Source of the DNA: Minisyncoccota bacterium
Lineage (GTDB): Bacteria > Patescibacteriota > Minisyncoccia > Phycocordibacterales > XYD1-FULL-46-19
Direction: 5' to 3'
Length of the DNA: 64,000 nt
NCBI GenBank assembly: GCA_041665625.1
Contig: JBAYIK010000002.1
Span: 33,126 to 97,125, forward strand
A program made the position numbers and the translations under genes. Within the stretch, counting starts at the first letter, position 1, and each line of letters opens with the position of its first letter. The notes under the pieces are model-generated. The model was given only the letters and a program-made list of their open reading frames with translations. It had not been told where the DNA came from and made no database searches. This document shows positions 28,400 through 38,012 of the stretch, one piece after another.

Positions 28400-29116
28400 T
28401 TATAAACTATTTTTCTTCAGCTTCCACTTATCAATCTCGGCGTGGTGGCCGGAGAGGAGGACCTTAGGGACGCGATATTTCTTTTTGTTGAAAGTAAGAA
28501 CCTCAGGGCGGGTATAAATCTCCGAAATTGAGATGCGTCGCTCCTCGATTGATTCATCTTTACCTAAGACGCCCGGTAAACGACGAGTGATAGCGTCTAC
28601 GACGATCATCGCAGGAACTTCTCCACCGGTCAGTATATACGGACCGACTGATAAGTCATCAGCTTTAAGAATTTTTTTGACCCGAGCGTCGAGGCCCTCA
28701 TAACGTCCGCAGATCAAGACAATATGTTTAGTCATTAATTTGTCAGACCATTCCCCTTTTCTAAAGCCAGCAAGTTTATCGGCGAGAATATTGTCGAAAA
28801 TTTGGCCAGCGGGAGAAAAAATATAAATTTTGGGCTTAGTCTTCGAAGTCTTCGTTTTAGCGAGAGCTTTACTCACGGCCTTAAGCACTGGCTCAGCCAA
28901 CATCACCATACCGGGACCACCTCCGTAAGGACGACCGTCAGTCTTTTTGTAATCTAATCTACCATCCACTTGTTTGCCAATTGTACCAGCGTAGTCACGC
29001 GGATTATAATAAGAAATTTTTATTTTCTTCTCTTTCTGGGCGCGACCAAGAATCGAGGCGTTTAGATACGCCTCGATGGTCTCGGGAAACAAAGTAATAA
29101 TGTGGAAATTTAACAT
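28400..29116 (-). CDS. trmD: tRNA (guanine37-N1)-methyltransferase
   Basis: SPOUT fold with the TrmD-type N-terminus MLNFHIITLFPE. Confidence 0.85.
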   Translation of the reverse strand: MLNFHIITLFPETIEAYLNASILGRAQKEKKIKISYYNPRDYAGTIGKQVDGRLDYKKTDGRPYGGGPGMVMLAEPVLKAVSKALAKTKTSKTKPKIYIFSPAGQIFDNILADKLAGFRKGEWSDKLMTKHIVLICGRYEGLDARVKKILKADDLSVGPYILTGGEVPAMIVVDAITRRLPGVLGKDESIEERRISISEIYTRPEVLTFNKKKYRVPKVLLSGHHAEIDKWKLKKNSL

Positions 29117-30220
29117 TTAGTGAGCAGGCTTGGCCTCGATATTAATGTTGATATTAAGCCAACCAGTATTACCAAAATTATCAACGACACTTAAAGTAAC
29201 AGGGAAATTCCCAGCTTGAGTCGGGATACCACTAATATCAGCTAGATTGGAAGCATTAACACAAGAAGAGTGGCACTCTTGGCCAGATATACAAGGGAGA
29301 GTAATACATGCAGTTGTTCGGATTGATAAGCTCAAACCTTTAGGCAATTGGCCAGAAGAGACAGACCAAACATAATTACGAGAACTTGAATAATTAGCAA
29401 CAGAAAAGGTTTTAGAGAAATTACCTCCAACATAATCATGCCAATTGGCGGGATCAGCGGGGTAAGTGATAAGCAATTTGTAAGCATCTGCTCCGCCACC
29501 AACCACGACGGTCATACTGGTCTCGGCGGTCTTCCTCACGGTACAAGGGGCCGCTACACAAACGGCACCATTATCAACCATAAAGCGGACAGTATAAGTC
29601 CCCGCCTGACTGTAAGCATGAGTAAAAGTTGAAGTTTGCTTAACTATCGGGGAGACAGCACTTCCGGCAATCTGAGGATAAACCCGATTATCGCCCCAAT
29701 CAACAGTGTAATTTAGATTGGTGTCAGACGGAGCGGTAACTTTAAGTTCCCAAGTACCGGTTTGGTTAACTCCCATTGAGGTTGGGCCAGAAACAGAATT
29801 GATAACAATAGTATTAAGGCCATTATCATTTCGTCCACAAAGAATAGATCGTTCAAGAGATCTAAGGGAGCCAGTAACTTGGATATTGTTGTCTCTCTGC
29901 CAATTACGAAGAGCTGAGCGGGTCATCGTCCCAAAGTAACCAGTTGATTTAGAGATATTGAGATAACCACTAGCTCGAAGAGCATTCTGAATTAAAACAA
30001 CCTGGGAACTCAAGCCGTCGTTCAGGCCCTGACCATAAGAGAGGTCTTTATTGAAAGGACAGGTTGGCATTGGTTGGGACTCCGCCAAAAGTTGTTTTTG
30101 TAAAAGAAGAATCTGGGCTCTTAATTGGGCAATAAGGGCGCTATTGTCTGTTGCTCCATAAGAAAGAGCTGGCACAACGATAAGAGCAAGGAGAACGGCA
30201 CTAATTATATATTTTTTCAT
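29117..30220 (-). CDS. Secreted peptidoglycan-binding (PG_binding_1) protein with PKD-like and Cys-rich domains
   Basis: Signal peptide after the internal start MKKYIISAVLLALIVVPALSYG. PG-binding motif LIQNALRASGYL...GYFGTMTRSALRNWQ. It occupies the position where rimM is usually found. Confidence 0.6.
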   Translation of the reverse strand: MKKYIISAVLLALIVVPALSYGATDNSALIAQLRAQILLLQKQLLAESQPMPTCPFNKDLSYGQGLNDGLSSQVVLIQNALRASGYLNISKSTGYFGTMTRSALRNWQRDNNIQVTGSLRSLERSILCGRNDNGLNTIVINSVSGPTSMGVNQTGTWELKVTAPSDTNLNYTVDWGDNRVYPQIAGSAVSPIVKQTSTFTHAYSQAGTYTVRFMVDNGAVCVAAPCTVRKTAETSMTVVVGGGADAYKLLITYPADPANWHDYVGGNFSKTFSVANYSSSRNYVWSVSSGQLPKGLSLSIRTTACITLPCISGQECHSSCVNASNLADISGIPTQAGNFPVTLSVVDNFGNTGWLNININIEAKPAH

Positions 30221-30319
30221 GATTTTTCGATTAATTAATAAAACAAAAAACTGCACTATAATTATAGCACAGTTTCTTGTTTTTTAAAAGCTCTGAAACT
30301 TGCCCGACCTATCGGCGGG

Positions 30320-30670
30320 TTAGAGATCTTTGAGATCATCCATGGCGGCGTCGACCGAGCTGGTGGCGCTAGGAGCGCTACTAACTGGACCATTACCGTT
30401 AGGGACATAAGCAGGACGGGTAGAACCTTCTGGCTCGTTGATCTTAAGGTTAACGCGAGCGTTAAACTTCATCCCAACAACGCGAAGAAGAGTACGGATA
30501 GCCTTGGCGGTGTTGCCTTGGCGACCAATGATCTTACCCATATCAATCGGATCAACTTCGAGAGTCATTAAGACACCCATCTCATCAACCTTGCGGTCGA
30601 TTTTGACAGCCTCGGGTTTATCGACAAGCGCTTTAACAACAAAGTCGAGGAATTCTTGATCTTGATGCAT
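30320..30670 (-). CDS. KH-domain RNA-binding protein (YlqC/UPF0109-like)
   Basis: KH motif IIGRQGNTAKAIRTLL, in the rpsP operon. Confidence 0.75.
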   Translation of the reverse strand: MHQDQEFLDFVVKALVDKPEAVKIDRKVDEMGVLMTLEVDPIDMGKIIGRQGNTAKAIRTLLRVVGMKFNARVNLKINEPEGSTRPAYVPNGNGPVSSAPSATSSVDAAMDDLKDL

Positions 30671-30750
30671 TGCAGTAAATCTTTTGTTTCTGATAATCTT
30701 TCGACCTGATTAACTTCTTATAATTGTAGAAGAACTAAACTTGAATGTCA

Positions 30751-30798
30751 AAAGAAAGACCGCCTTCGTTGAACGAAGGCGGTCTTTCTTTTTGTTTT
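30751..30798. terminator. Hairpin plus T-tract immediately downstream of rpsP
   Basis: AAAGAAAGACCGCCTTCG-ttgaa-CGAAGGCGGTCTTTCTTTTTGTTTT. Confidence 0.4.
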
Positions 30799-30802
30799 AA
30801 AA

Positions 30803-31294
30803 TTATTCGGCAGGAGTTTCTTCTGGAGCAGCTTCAACAGCTGGAGCTTCTTCAACAACAGGTTCAGCGACAGTAGCCTCAGCCTCTTCTTTGGCTTGAG
30901 CAGCAGCAGTAGCCTCATCTTCCTTAGCTTTAGCCTCAGCGGCCTTCTTGGCTTCGGCCTCCTTAATAGCCTTCTCTTCAGCAGCCTTCTTGGTGGCAAT
31001 AACAGCAGTGGCTTTCTTACCTAATTTCTTAGAGGAAACATCGACAGCCTTGGCCCCTTCGAGAGCACCTTTCTTAACCAGAAGATTATGAACAGTCTGA
31101 GAGGCCTGAGCACCAACCGATAGCCAGTATTTGATACGATCAACTTTGAGTTCGGTGCGGTCGTTACGAGCATCGTGAGAACCCACGACTTCAATGGCTT
31201 TGCCACTCTGAGCCGCTTCCTTAGAATCAACAACGACGACCCTAAAAGAGGGGTCGTTCTTGCGTCCTACACGTTGTAATCTGACCATTAACAT
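30803..31294 (-). CDS. rpsP: 30S ribosomal protein S16 with an Ala/Lys/Glu-rich C-terminal extension
   Basis: MLMVRLQRVGRKNDPSFRVVV ... followed by a roughly 70-aa low-complexity tail. Confidence 0.85.
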   Translation of the reverse strand: MLMVRLQRVGRKNDPSFRVVVVDSKEAAQSGKAIEVVGSHDARNDRTELKVDRIKYWLSVGAQASQTVHNLLVKKGALEGAKAVDVSSKKLGKKATAVIATKKAAEEKAIKEAEAKKAAEAKAKEDEATAAAQAKEEAEATVAEPVVEEAPAVEAAPEETPAE

Positions 31295-31357
31295 ACGGGG
31301 AATAGCTTAACAAAAATAACAACTAACGTCAAATTAAAGACCCCTAAGCTTAAGGAT

Positions 31358-32905
31358 ATGGGGTTTATGTGTTATAATAGCCAAATGATTAAAGACAAAA
31401 AGCCCGATCTTCCAAAAAAGGAGAAGATCTTCGTTGACAGTTCCACCTTAGAAATCCCTTTCCCTGAGGCCGTTATTGCCGAAGCCGAGGCCATCGCCGC
31501 CACTGGCCAAACAAGTATCGAGAAAGAGGCCCCAAATCGTCGCGACTTCCGTGATGTACTCACGGTAACCATTGACCCTGTCCGGGCCCGAGATTTTGAC
31601 GACGCAATCTCTATAAAAGAACTCCCCAATAATCAGTGGGAAATCGGTGTCCATATTGCCGATGTCTCTTTCTACGTCCGCCCAGGCACCAAACTCGACG
31701 CTGAGGCTCGCCTTCGTGCCACCTCTATCTATCTTGTTGACCGCGTTATCCCCATGCTCCCCCACGCCCTCTCAGACGACCTCTGTAGTCTCAAACAAGG
31801 CGTAGACCGCCTCACTTTCTCAGCTGTCTTCACTCTAGACAACGAAGCCAATATCTTGAGTCAATGGTTCGGCCGCACAATTATTAATTCTGATCGTCGC
31901 TTCACTTACGAAGAAGTTGAGAGAATTATAGAAAAAAAATCAGGTGAACATGTTGCTGAATTAACCAAATTAAAAGAACTCGCTCATAAACTCGATAAGA
32001 AAAAAATTAAAGCCGGGGCTCTCGCCTTCGAAGAAGATGAATATGCTTATGAAGTTGATGCCGACGGCAAGCCTATCTCCATTATGAAAGCCGAGCGTCT
32101 TGAGAGTCACAAACTTGTCGAAGATTTCATGCTCCTCGCCAACAAACAAGTGGCTGAATATGTTTCTAAATTAGTTAAGAACCGCGACCACGCCTTCCTC
32201 TATCGTATCCACGACAACCCAGACCCTGAGAAATTACTTGAGTTTATGCGCTTTGTAAAACTCTTCGGTCACAAACTCACTCACGAAGGGAAAAAGATTA
32301 GCCCCCTCGCCCTTAATGCTTTTCTTAAAACTCTCGCCGGCCTCCCCGAAGAAGATGTCTTGAACGACGCGGCCGTCCGAACAATGTCCCGCGCCACCTA
32401 CTCCACCAAAAATATTGGGCACTTCGGCCTCGCCTTCCGCGACTACACCCATTTCACTTCACCGATTCGTCGTTATCCTGACTTGGTCGTCCATCGTCTT
32501 CTCGACATTTATATTAAGAAAGAGAAAATGCCTGATAATTATCTATTAGAACTTGATGGACTTTGTACTCACTCCAGCGAACGTGAACAATTCGCCACCA
32601 TTGCCGAACGCGACTCGATGAAGCTCGCTCAGTGTCGCTACCTAGAACATGAAAAAGAAAAAATCTTTGACGGCGTTATTGCCTGGATGGCCGACTTTGG
32701 CCTCTTCGTGGAAGAACTCTCCACCGGCGCCCGCGGACTCGTGCGTTTCAAATCTCTTCCTGGCGATTACTATCTCTTCGATGAGAAAAAGATGACGGTT
32801 ACCGGCAAACGCCACCGCCTCACTTATCACTTAGGTGATACTGTTAAAATAAAAATACTTTCTTCTGATCCAGCAACGAGGATGATAGATTTCGAGATAA
32901 TCTAA
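31358..32905 (+). CDS. rnr: RNase II / RNase R family 3'-5' exoribonuclease (short form)
   Basis: RNB catalytic motif RDFRDVLTVTIDPVRARDFDDAISI and a C-terminal S1-like domain. The start may be the ATG at 31385. Confidence 0.8.
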   Translation: MGFMCYNSQMIKDKKPDLPKKEKIFVDSSTLEIPFPEAVIAEAEAIAATGQTSIEKEAPNRRDFRDVLTVTIDPVRARDFDDAISIKELPNNQWEIGVHIADVSFYVRPGTKLDAEARLRATSIYLVDRVIPMLPHALSDDLCSLKQGVDRLTFSAVFTLDNEANILSQWFGRTIINSDRRFTYEEVERIIEKKSGEHVAELTKLKELAHKLDKKKIKAGALAFEEDEYAYEVDADGKPISIMKAERLESHKLVEDFMLLANKQVAEYVSKLVKNRDHAFLYRIHDNPDPEKLLEFMRFVKLFGHKLTHEGKKISPLALNAFLKTLAGLPEEDVLNDAAVRTMSRATYSTKNIGHFGLAFRDYTHFTSPIRRYPDLVVHRLLDIYIKKEKMPDNYLLELDGLCTHSSEREQFATIAERDSMKLAQCRYLEHEKEKIFDGVIAWMADFGLFVEELSTGARGLVRFKSLPGDYYLFDEKKMTVTGKRHRLTYHLGDTVKIKILSSDPATRMIDFEII

Positions 32906-32917
32906 AATAAAAAGAAA

Positions 32918-32942
32918 GCCGCCCGACGAAGGTCCGGGCGGC
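32918..32942. terminator. Terminator hairpin between convergent rnr and the Sm-like gene
   Basis: GCCGCCCG-acgaaggtc-CGGGCGGC, with a T-tract on the minus side. Confidence 0.45.
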
Positions 32943-32976
32943 ATCTGCGGGTGGAAAGGGTGCGAGAAGGTCGAGG

Positions 32977-33183
32977 CTAGGACGCCTTGTAGCTGTGAGC
33001 GATGACCTCGTTTCTCCCGACCATGAACGTCTCTTTGGAAGTGGTGAGAACGAGCTGTTCGCCATTTTCTTCCAGGGTAAGCCGACCTTCAAATTTGTGG
33101 CCACCATTCAGGTAAACGGTGACCGTCTTGCCATTCATCCTCTCTGCCTGATCCTTGTTCACAAGAGCACTCCTTTTTCTCAA
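32977..33183 (-). CDS. Small Sm-fold, Hfq-like RNA-binding protein
   Basis: 68 aa. VTVYLNGGHKFEGRLTL...LVLT....FMVGRNEVIAHS resembles Hfq Sm1/Sm2. Elevated GC. Confidence 0.4.
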   Translation of the reverse strand: MRKRSALVNKDQAERMNGKTVTVYLNGGHKFEGRLTLEENGEQLVLTTSKETFMVGRNEVIAHSYKAS

Positions 33184-33311
33184 CGTTGATTCTGCGTTTC
33201 GAAAATATCCAGCAATTGGAGATCTTCTCTGGTTTCAGTTAAACACCTTTTACTCCCTTTTACTAGCAAACCCTTTCCTTTGAAGCTCAGTGGCTAAGCG
33301 AGGCCGAGCGC

Positions 33312-35573
33312 CTACTTTGCATATTGTTCCGCTTCATCGAATTTTATCGATATCAGGCGAGAAACAGAATCCGCACCCATGGTGACGCCATACAAGATGC
33401 CGGCGCGGGACATAGTCTCACGATTGTGAGTAATAAGAATAAGCTGAGAATATTTAGAGAGACCTTCAATCATATCCGCATATTTCTTAGAGTTAGCTTC
33501 ATCAAGAGCGGCATCAGTCTCGTCAAGAATAAGAAACGGCGGTGGGTTCACCTGGGACATCGCAAAGAGAAGGGCAATCGAAGTAAGTGCGCGCTCTCCC
33601 CCCGATAACATGGCGAGACCCTTAATTTTTTTGCGCGGCAAGCTCACGTTTATCTCGATTCCAGACTTCCCTTCTTCGTCTTCTTCCATAATTTCAGGGA
33701 TCTCCCCTTCTTCGCCCATCATTTCTAAATCAATATTCTCCTTCTTTTTGAGAGGCTTCAAAAGTTCCAAATTAGCACTCCCACCACCAAAGAGCACGGC
33801 AAAGAATTTCTGGAATTCTTGATTAATCTTAGTAATACCAGAATTGAATTCCACTTCAATCTTCGCCCGCAAATCAGTCATCACAGAAAGTAATGATTCG
33901 CGGCTAAGAGCTAAGTCTTCAAGTTCCTTGGCTAAGAAGGCGTCACGCTCCACCACCTCATCGTGTTCCTTCAAGACCTCACTACTCTCCACACCCATAT
34001 CCTCTAAGCGAATCTTGATACGCTCGATCTTGCGACGACGGTCTTCTTGCAAAGTTCTCTCTTCATTTCTTACCTCTTCCCAAGAGATGTCATTGGCCTG
34101 ATATTCCAAAACTTCGCGACCAATTAAGGTCCCGGCTTCGCCCAACTCTCTTTTGAAATTTTCTTCCTCAATAGCTAAGGTATCACGCTTAGACAGTAAG
34201 GTACGAACTTTAAGTTCCAAATCACTTTTCTTGGCACGCAATTCATAGAAATCGTGTTCGGCATTTTGGGCCGTCTGCCTCAGGCGAACGATATTTTCTT
34301 TAATATCCCCAATCTCGGTTTGGTGATTCCCCTCTTCTTTATCTAATTCTTGAACTCTTGCCTGAAGATTATGATGCTCCATCTTAATCTTCTCCAACTC
34401 CTCAGTCTGATCATTTCCTTGTTCTGAGCTTGTCGAAGGAGATTCATAGCTCGCAATAAAATCATGCAAACTAGAGCGCAAATTTTTGACAGAATTTTTA
34501 ATATCAATAAGGTCTGTCGTTCTCTCTATCTCTTCAAACCGACTATCTAAATCACCGACAAATTGACGTGCTTCGGTAAGAGAAATTTTAGCCTCTGGGC
34601 CAACATGTTTAACTTCTTTTTCTTTAAATTCCAAAAGACCTTCCAGGCGACCCAGGGCACGAGCTAACTCATCTTTTTGCAGGCGCAAGGTCCGAATCTT
34701 CGTTTCTAATTCACGTAATTTATTTTCTTCGGCAATGATCTCTGTTTGATGGCCACCCGTTTGCTGCTTAGCCTCTCTTTCAGATAATTGTCTTGAGACA
34801 TCAGTCAAGAGAGTCTCTGGACCAGTAATTTCATTAACAATATTTTCTTTGGTAAAAGACAAATAAACTTCTTCACGTTTAAGATAGTCGCGGTAGAGAG
34901 TTTGGAGCTCCACTTTCAATTCACGAACTTTCTCTATCTTCTCCACCTGTTTCTTCAAGAATTTGAGATGGGGCACGATCTCCCGACGGATAGATTCAAC
35001 TTGTTTTATATTCTCTTCGGTCTTGCCAAGCTTTTTCTCACTCTCGCCCAACTTCCATTGGTAAATCTTCAGACCTAAAGCTTCTTCAATCATCAAGCGT
35101 CGTTCAATATTATTCGCATTAAGAATTTTATCGGCTTCACCCTGGCTAATGATATGATGCCCCGAAGCGCCAATTGAAATACCAGCGAGAATCTCAATGA
35201 TGTCACGCAAGCGCACGGTCGAGCCATTAATTTTATATTCGTTTGTCCCGTCACGGAAAACTTCACGCGAGATTACCACTTCGTCAAAATCAATACTAGC
35301 AAAATGTCGATTAGTATTATCAAAGGTCACCGCCACCGAGGCACGAGAAAGACGCCCCAAAGATGAAGAACCGTTGAAGATTAAGTCTTCTCCTTTCTTG
35401 CCACGAAGTGATTTGAGAGATTGCTCCCCCAACACCCACCTAAAGGCCTCGGCCACATTAGACTTGCCCGAACCGTTTGGCCCAACAATGGCAACCACTG
35501 GAGCATCAAAAAAAAGCGTCTCCTTACGTCCAAAAGACTTAAAACCCGACAGCTCTAATTTCTTGAGAGTCAT
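33312..35573 (-). CDS. SMC-family ATPase, short Smc/RecN-like coiled-coil protein
   Basis: Walker A GPNGSGKSN, a long coiled coil, the signature LSGGERALTSIALLFA, and Walker B FLILDETDAALD. Confidence 0.7.
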   Translation of the reverse strand: MTLKKLELSGFKSFGRKETLFFDAPVVAIVGPNGSGKSNVAEAFRWVLGEQSLKSLRGKKGEDLIFNGSSSLGRLSRASVAVTFDNTNRHFASIDFDEVVISREVFRDGTNEYKINGSTVRLRDIIEILAGISIGASGHHIISQGEADKILNANNIERRLMIEEALGLKIYQWKLGESEKKLGKTEENIKQVESIRREIVPHLKFLKKQVEKIEKVRELKVELQTLYRDYLKREEVYLSFTKENIVNEITGPETLLTDVSRQLSEREAKQQTGGHQTEIIAEENKLRELETKIRTLRLQKDELARALGRLEGLLEFKEKEVKHVGPEAKISLTEARQFVGDLDSRFEEIERTTDLIDIKNSVKNLRSSLHDFIASYESPSTSSEQGNDQTEELEKIKMEHHNLQARVQELDKEEGNHQTEIGDIKENIVRLRQTAQNAEHDFYELRAKKSDLELKVRTLLSKRDTLAIEEENFKRELGEAGTLIGREVLEYQANDISWEEVRNEERTLQEDRRRKIERIKIRLEDMGVESSEVLKEHDEVVERDAFLAKELEDLALSRESLLSVMTDLRAKIEVEFNSGITKINQEFQKFFAVLFGGGSANLELLKPLKKKENIDLEMMGEEGEIPEIMEEDEEGKSGIEINVSLPRKKIKGLAMLSGGERALTSIALLFAMSQVNPPPFLILDETDAALDEANSKKYADMIEGLSKYSQLILITHNRETMSRAGILYGVTMGADSVSRLISIKFDEAEQYAK

Positions 35574-35673
35574 TATTAAAATTATAAACCAAAAATGGCT
35601 CTTAGGCTAGAAATATGTTATAAGAAAATTAGAAACAACCAGCTCTTTTAGAGCTTCACAAGGGAGACCAATC

Positions 35674-36009
35674 ATGAGTGAACCGAGAACGATCATCGAG
35701 CTTATCGGCTTCGAAGACGGCAAGGCCCGGCAACTGCGCCGGAGGATTTTCGAAGCCTTGGACAAGAAGACCCACCACATACCAGAAGGTGTGGCCGTCG
35801 CAATCATCCCAGGCGAAGTCAAAGCCTGGCCAGCCGAACCTGGCGACAAGATGGCCCCCTACATCATTGTCAGGGGCACAGACCAGGGCAAGACAATGAG
35901 TCTGGCCCAAGAAATCGGAGCTGGGCTCGAAATGCCTGTTGGGTATGGACAGATTTCCTTCTTCCTGCCCCCTGCCCCGCCTCCAAAAGAAGTCGGCGAC
36001 AAGAAATAA
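35674..36009 (+). CDS. Hypothetical protein; GC-rich, probably foreign
   Basis: 111-aa ORF with a PPAPPPKE tail, followed by a terminator hairpin at about 36010-36065. Confidence 0.45.
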   Translation: MSEPRTIIELIGFEDGKARQLRRRIFEALDKKTHHIPEGVAVAIIPGEVKAWPAEPGDKMAPYIIVRGTDQGKTMSLAQEIGAGLEMPVGYGQISFFLPPAPPPKEVGDKK

Positions 36010-36082
36010 GTTCGCCCGCCGCCAGGATAGCCAGCAAAAGGTCGCTGGTTCTATCCCGGCGGCTTTTTGTTTGATTTAAAAA

Positions 36083-36772
36083 TTATTTTACTAACCACCC
36101 CTTCACTTCAAGTCCGGCTTGGGCAGCGGATTGCTCGGCTTCTTGTTTAGAGTGACCTTGACCTTCAGCAATTTTTTCTTCACCTAAGAACAGGCCGACG
36201 GTAAATTTCTTGTCATGGTCAGGGCCAGTCTCCGAGAGCACTTTATAAGTCGGAGTAATACTCTCCGCTTCTTGAGCTTTGTGCTGGAAGTGACTCTTAT
36301 AATCCTCAGTCAAATTTTTCTTAATTACTTCATCAGCTTTAGGAAAAACTGTTTGCGCGATGAAATCACGTGCAACATCATAACCACCATCAAGATAGAT
36401 GGCACCGACAAAGGCTTCGAAGGCATTGGCCAAAATAATCTGTCTGGCCCGTCCCGTATCCTTGGCTTCGCCACGGGATAACATTAAGAGATCATTCATA
36501 CCAAGTTCAGTAGCAATGGCACTACAAGTATTAGCGTTGACCAAGGCCGCACGATAGGCGGTCAACTCCCCTTCCGGGCGCTCCGGGTGATTAGCAAAAA
36601 GCCAATCAGTCACTACTAGTTCAAGCACGGCGTCACCAAGAAATTCCAGGCGCTCATTATGAGGCATAGTTATATCCTTGTGCTCGTTCAAATAAGAACG
36701 ATGAAGAAAAGCTTGTTTGAGGAGATCTTTATTTTTAAATTGATAACCGATTTTGTCTTGAAAGTTTTTCAT
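36083..36772 (-). CDS. rnc: Ribonuclease III
   Basis: Signature ERLEFLGDAVLELVV and a C-terminal dsRBD. Confidence 0.9.
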   Translation of the reverse strand: MKNFQDKIGYQFKNKDLLKQAFLHRSYLNEHKDITMPHNERLEFLGDAVLELVVTDWLFANHPERPEGELTAYRAALVNANTCSAIATELGMNDLLMLSRGEAKDTGRARQIILANAFEAFVGAIYLDGGYDVARDFIAQTVFPKADEVIKKNLTEDYKSHFQHKAQEAESITPTYKVLSETGPDHDKKFTVGLFLGEEKIAEGQGHSKQEAEQSAAQAGLEVKGWLVK

Positions 36773-36776
36773 GAAA

Positions 36777-37679
36777 TTAGGATACCAGAATTTTGATCGC
36801 TTTGGTAATTATCGGAACCATATCGTCATACATATTAAGTTCAGGCACTTCAGCTAGGGGGAACCATTTGGTATTATCGAGACCGCCCTTCTTCTCAAGA
36901 GTCAATTCAGGCTTGCCTTTAACTTCAGCGAGGAAATAAGTGACCTGACGACGAGTCTTGCCTTTCTCCGGGTCAGAAGCAATGTATTCGTTCGTCCCTA
37001 ATTCTTGGAGTATCTTCATATCGACTCCCATCTCTTCTTTAATCTCACGAATAGTCCCAGCCTCAAGTTCCTCGCCCTCTTCAATATGACCCTTAGACAA
37101 AGTCCAGCGGCCGAAGACATCATGGACCATCGCTAAGAATATTTCATCGCCAACCTTAGAAAAAACAACCGCTCCGCCAAGTTTCTCGATCGGCATCTGG
37201 TCATAGGGAATATCCAAAATCTTTTTCTTCTTAGTTGAGACGTCATTCTTGCCTGGCTCGCCAAGTTCCTTGTAGACCGTACCGAGCACCCCATTCACAA
37301 AGCGACCACTCGATTCGCCACCGAAGGTCTTAGCCAACTCAATTGCCTCGTTGATAGCGACCTTAGCCGGAACATCGGCCCGGTCACTAAAAATAAGCTC
37401 GTACAAGCCAAGCCTTAAAATATTACGATCAACCGCCGCAATTTGTTCAATTGGCCAATCTGGAGCAGCTTTCTCAACGATAGCGTCAATCTTGTCTTGA
37501 TGACTGACGACACCATCAACAATCTCTTTAACATATGACAAATCTTCCATTCCCGGAGCAAACTCGGCGACGACACGCTCAATTGTCTCGTCAATCTTCT
37601 TGGCCGGGCTACCGTCACGAAAGTCGAGCTCAAAGAGAACTTGCATTGCTAAACTCCTACACAAATGACGATTTGCCAT
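36777..37679 (-). CDS. nusB: NusB antitermination factor fused to a C-terminal NUDIX hydrolase domain
   Basis: The N-terminal roughly 150 aa is NusB-like (LFELDF...AINEAIELAKTFGGE..GRFVNGVLG). The C-terminal part has the NUDIX box GHIEEGEELEAGTIREIKEEMG. Confidence 0.7.
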   Translation of the reverse strand: MANRHLCRSLAMQVLFELDFRDGSPAKKIDETIERVVAEFAPGMEDLSYVKEIVDGVVSHQDKIDAIVEKAAPDWPIEQIAAVDRNILRLGLYELIFSDRADVPAKVAINEAIELAKTFGGESSGRFVNGVLGTVYKELGEPGKNDVSTKKKKILDIPYDQMPIEKLGGAVVFSKVGDEIFLAMVHDVFGRWTLSKGHIEEGEELEAGTIREIKEEMGVDMKILQELGTNEYIASDPEKGKTRRQVTYFLAEVKGKPELTLEKKGGLDNTKWFPLAEVPELNMYDDMVPIITKAIKILVS

Positions 37680-37716
37680 ATTTTCAAAAAACTATGTTAA
37701 GTTTTAATAAACTAAA

Positions 37717-37941
37717 TTATTTTTTAGCGGCCAACTTCTTTCTCTTCGCCTCCTTCTTCTCAGTCTTAGCTAAGACATTGATCACCTCGCGGCCTTTATA
37801 AGTTCCGCAATTACCGCAGACAACATGACTCTGCTTAGGAGCGCCGCACTTGGCACACAAAGAGAGCCCCGTAACCTTAAGGGCGTGGTGGGATCGGCGA
37901 TTAGCGGTGTGGGCCCGCGTATGACGCATTCTTACTACCAT
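37717..37941 (-). CDS. rpmF: 50S ribosomal protein L32
   Basis: RRSHHAL...[22 protein letters not shown]. The start is probably the internal Met MRHTRA. Confidence 0.7.
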   Translation of the reverse strand: MVVRMRHTRAHTANRRSHHALKVTGLSLCAKCGAPKQSHVVCGNCGTYKGREVINVLAKTEKKEAKRKKLAAKK

Positions 37942-38012
37942 ATGCTTTTAACTATAGCCTAAATGGCTAAAATAATCAAGACGAGAGGGAAATAAGGGGC
38001 AAATGAGGCTCC

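Noticed and set aside
31358-31385. Start-codon choice for the RNase II/R gene
   Set aside because: The ATG at 31358 gives the odd N-terminus MGFMCYNSQ containing a TATAAT-like hexamer. The ATG at 31385 (MIKDKK) is equally plausible. The call is left at 31358 with a note rather than treated as a separate feature.
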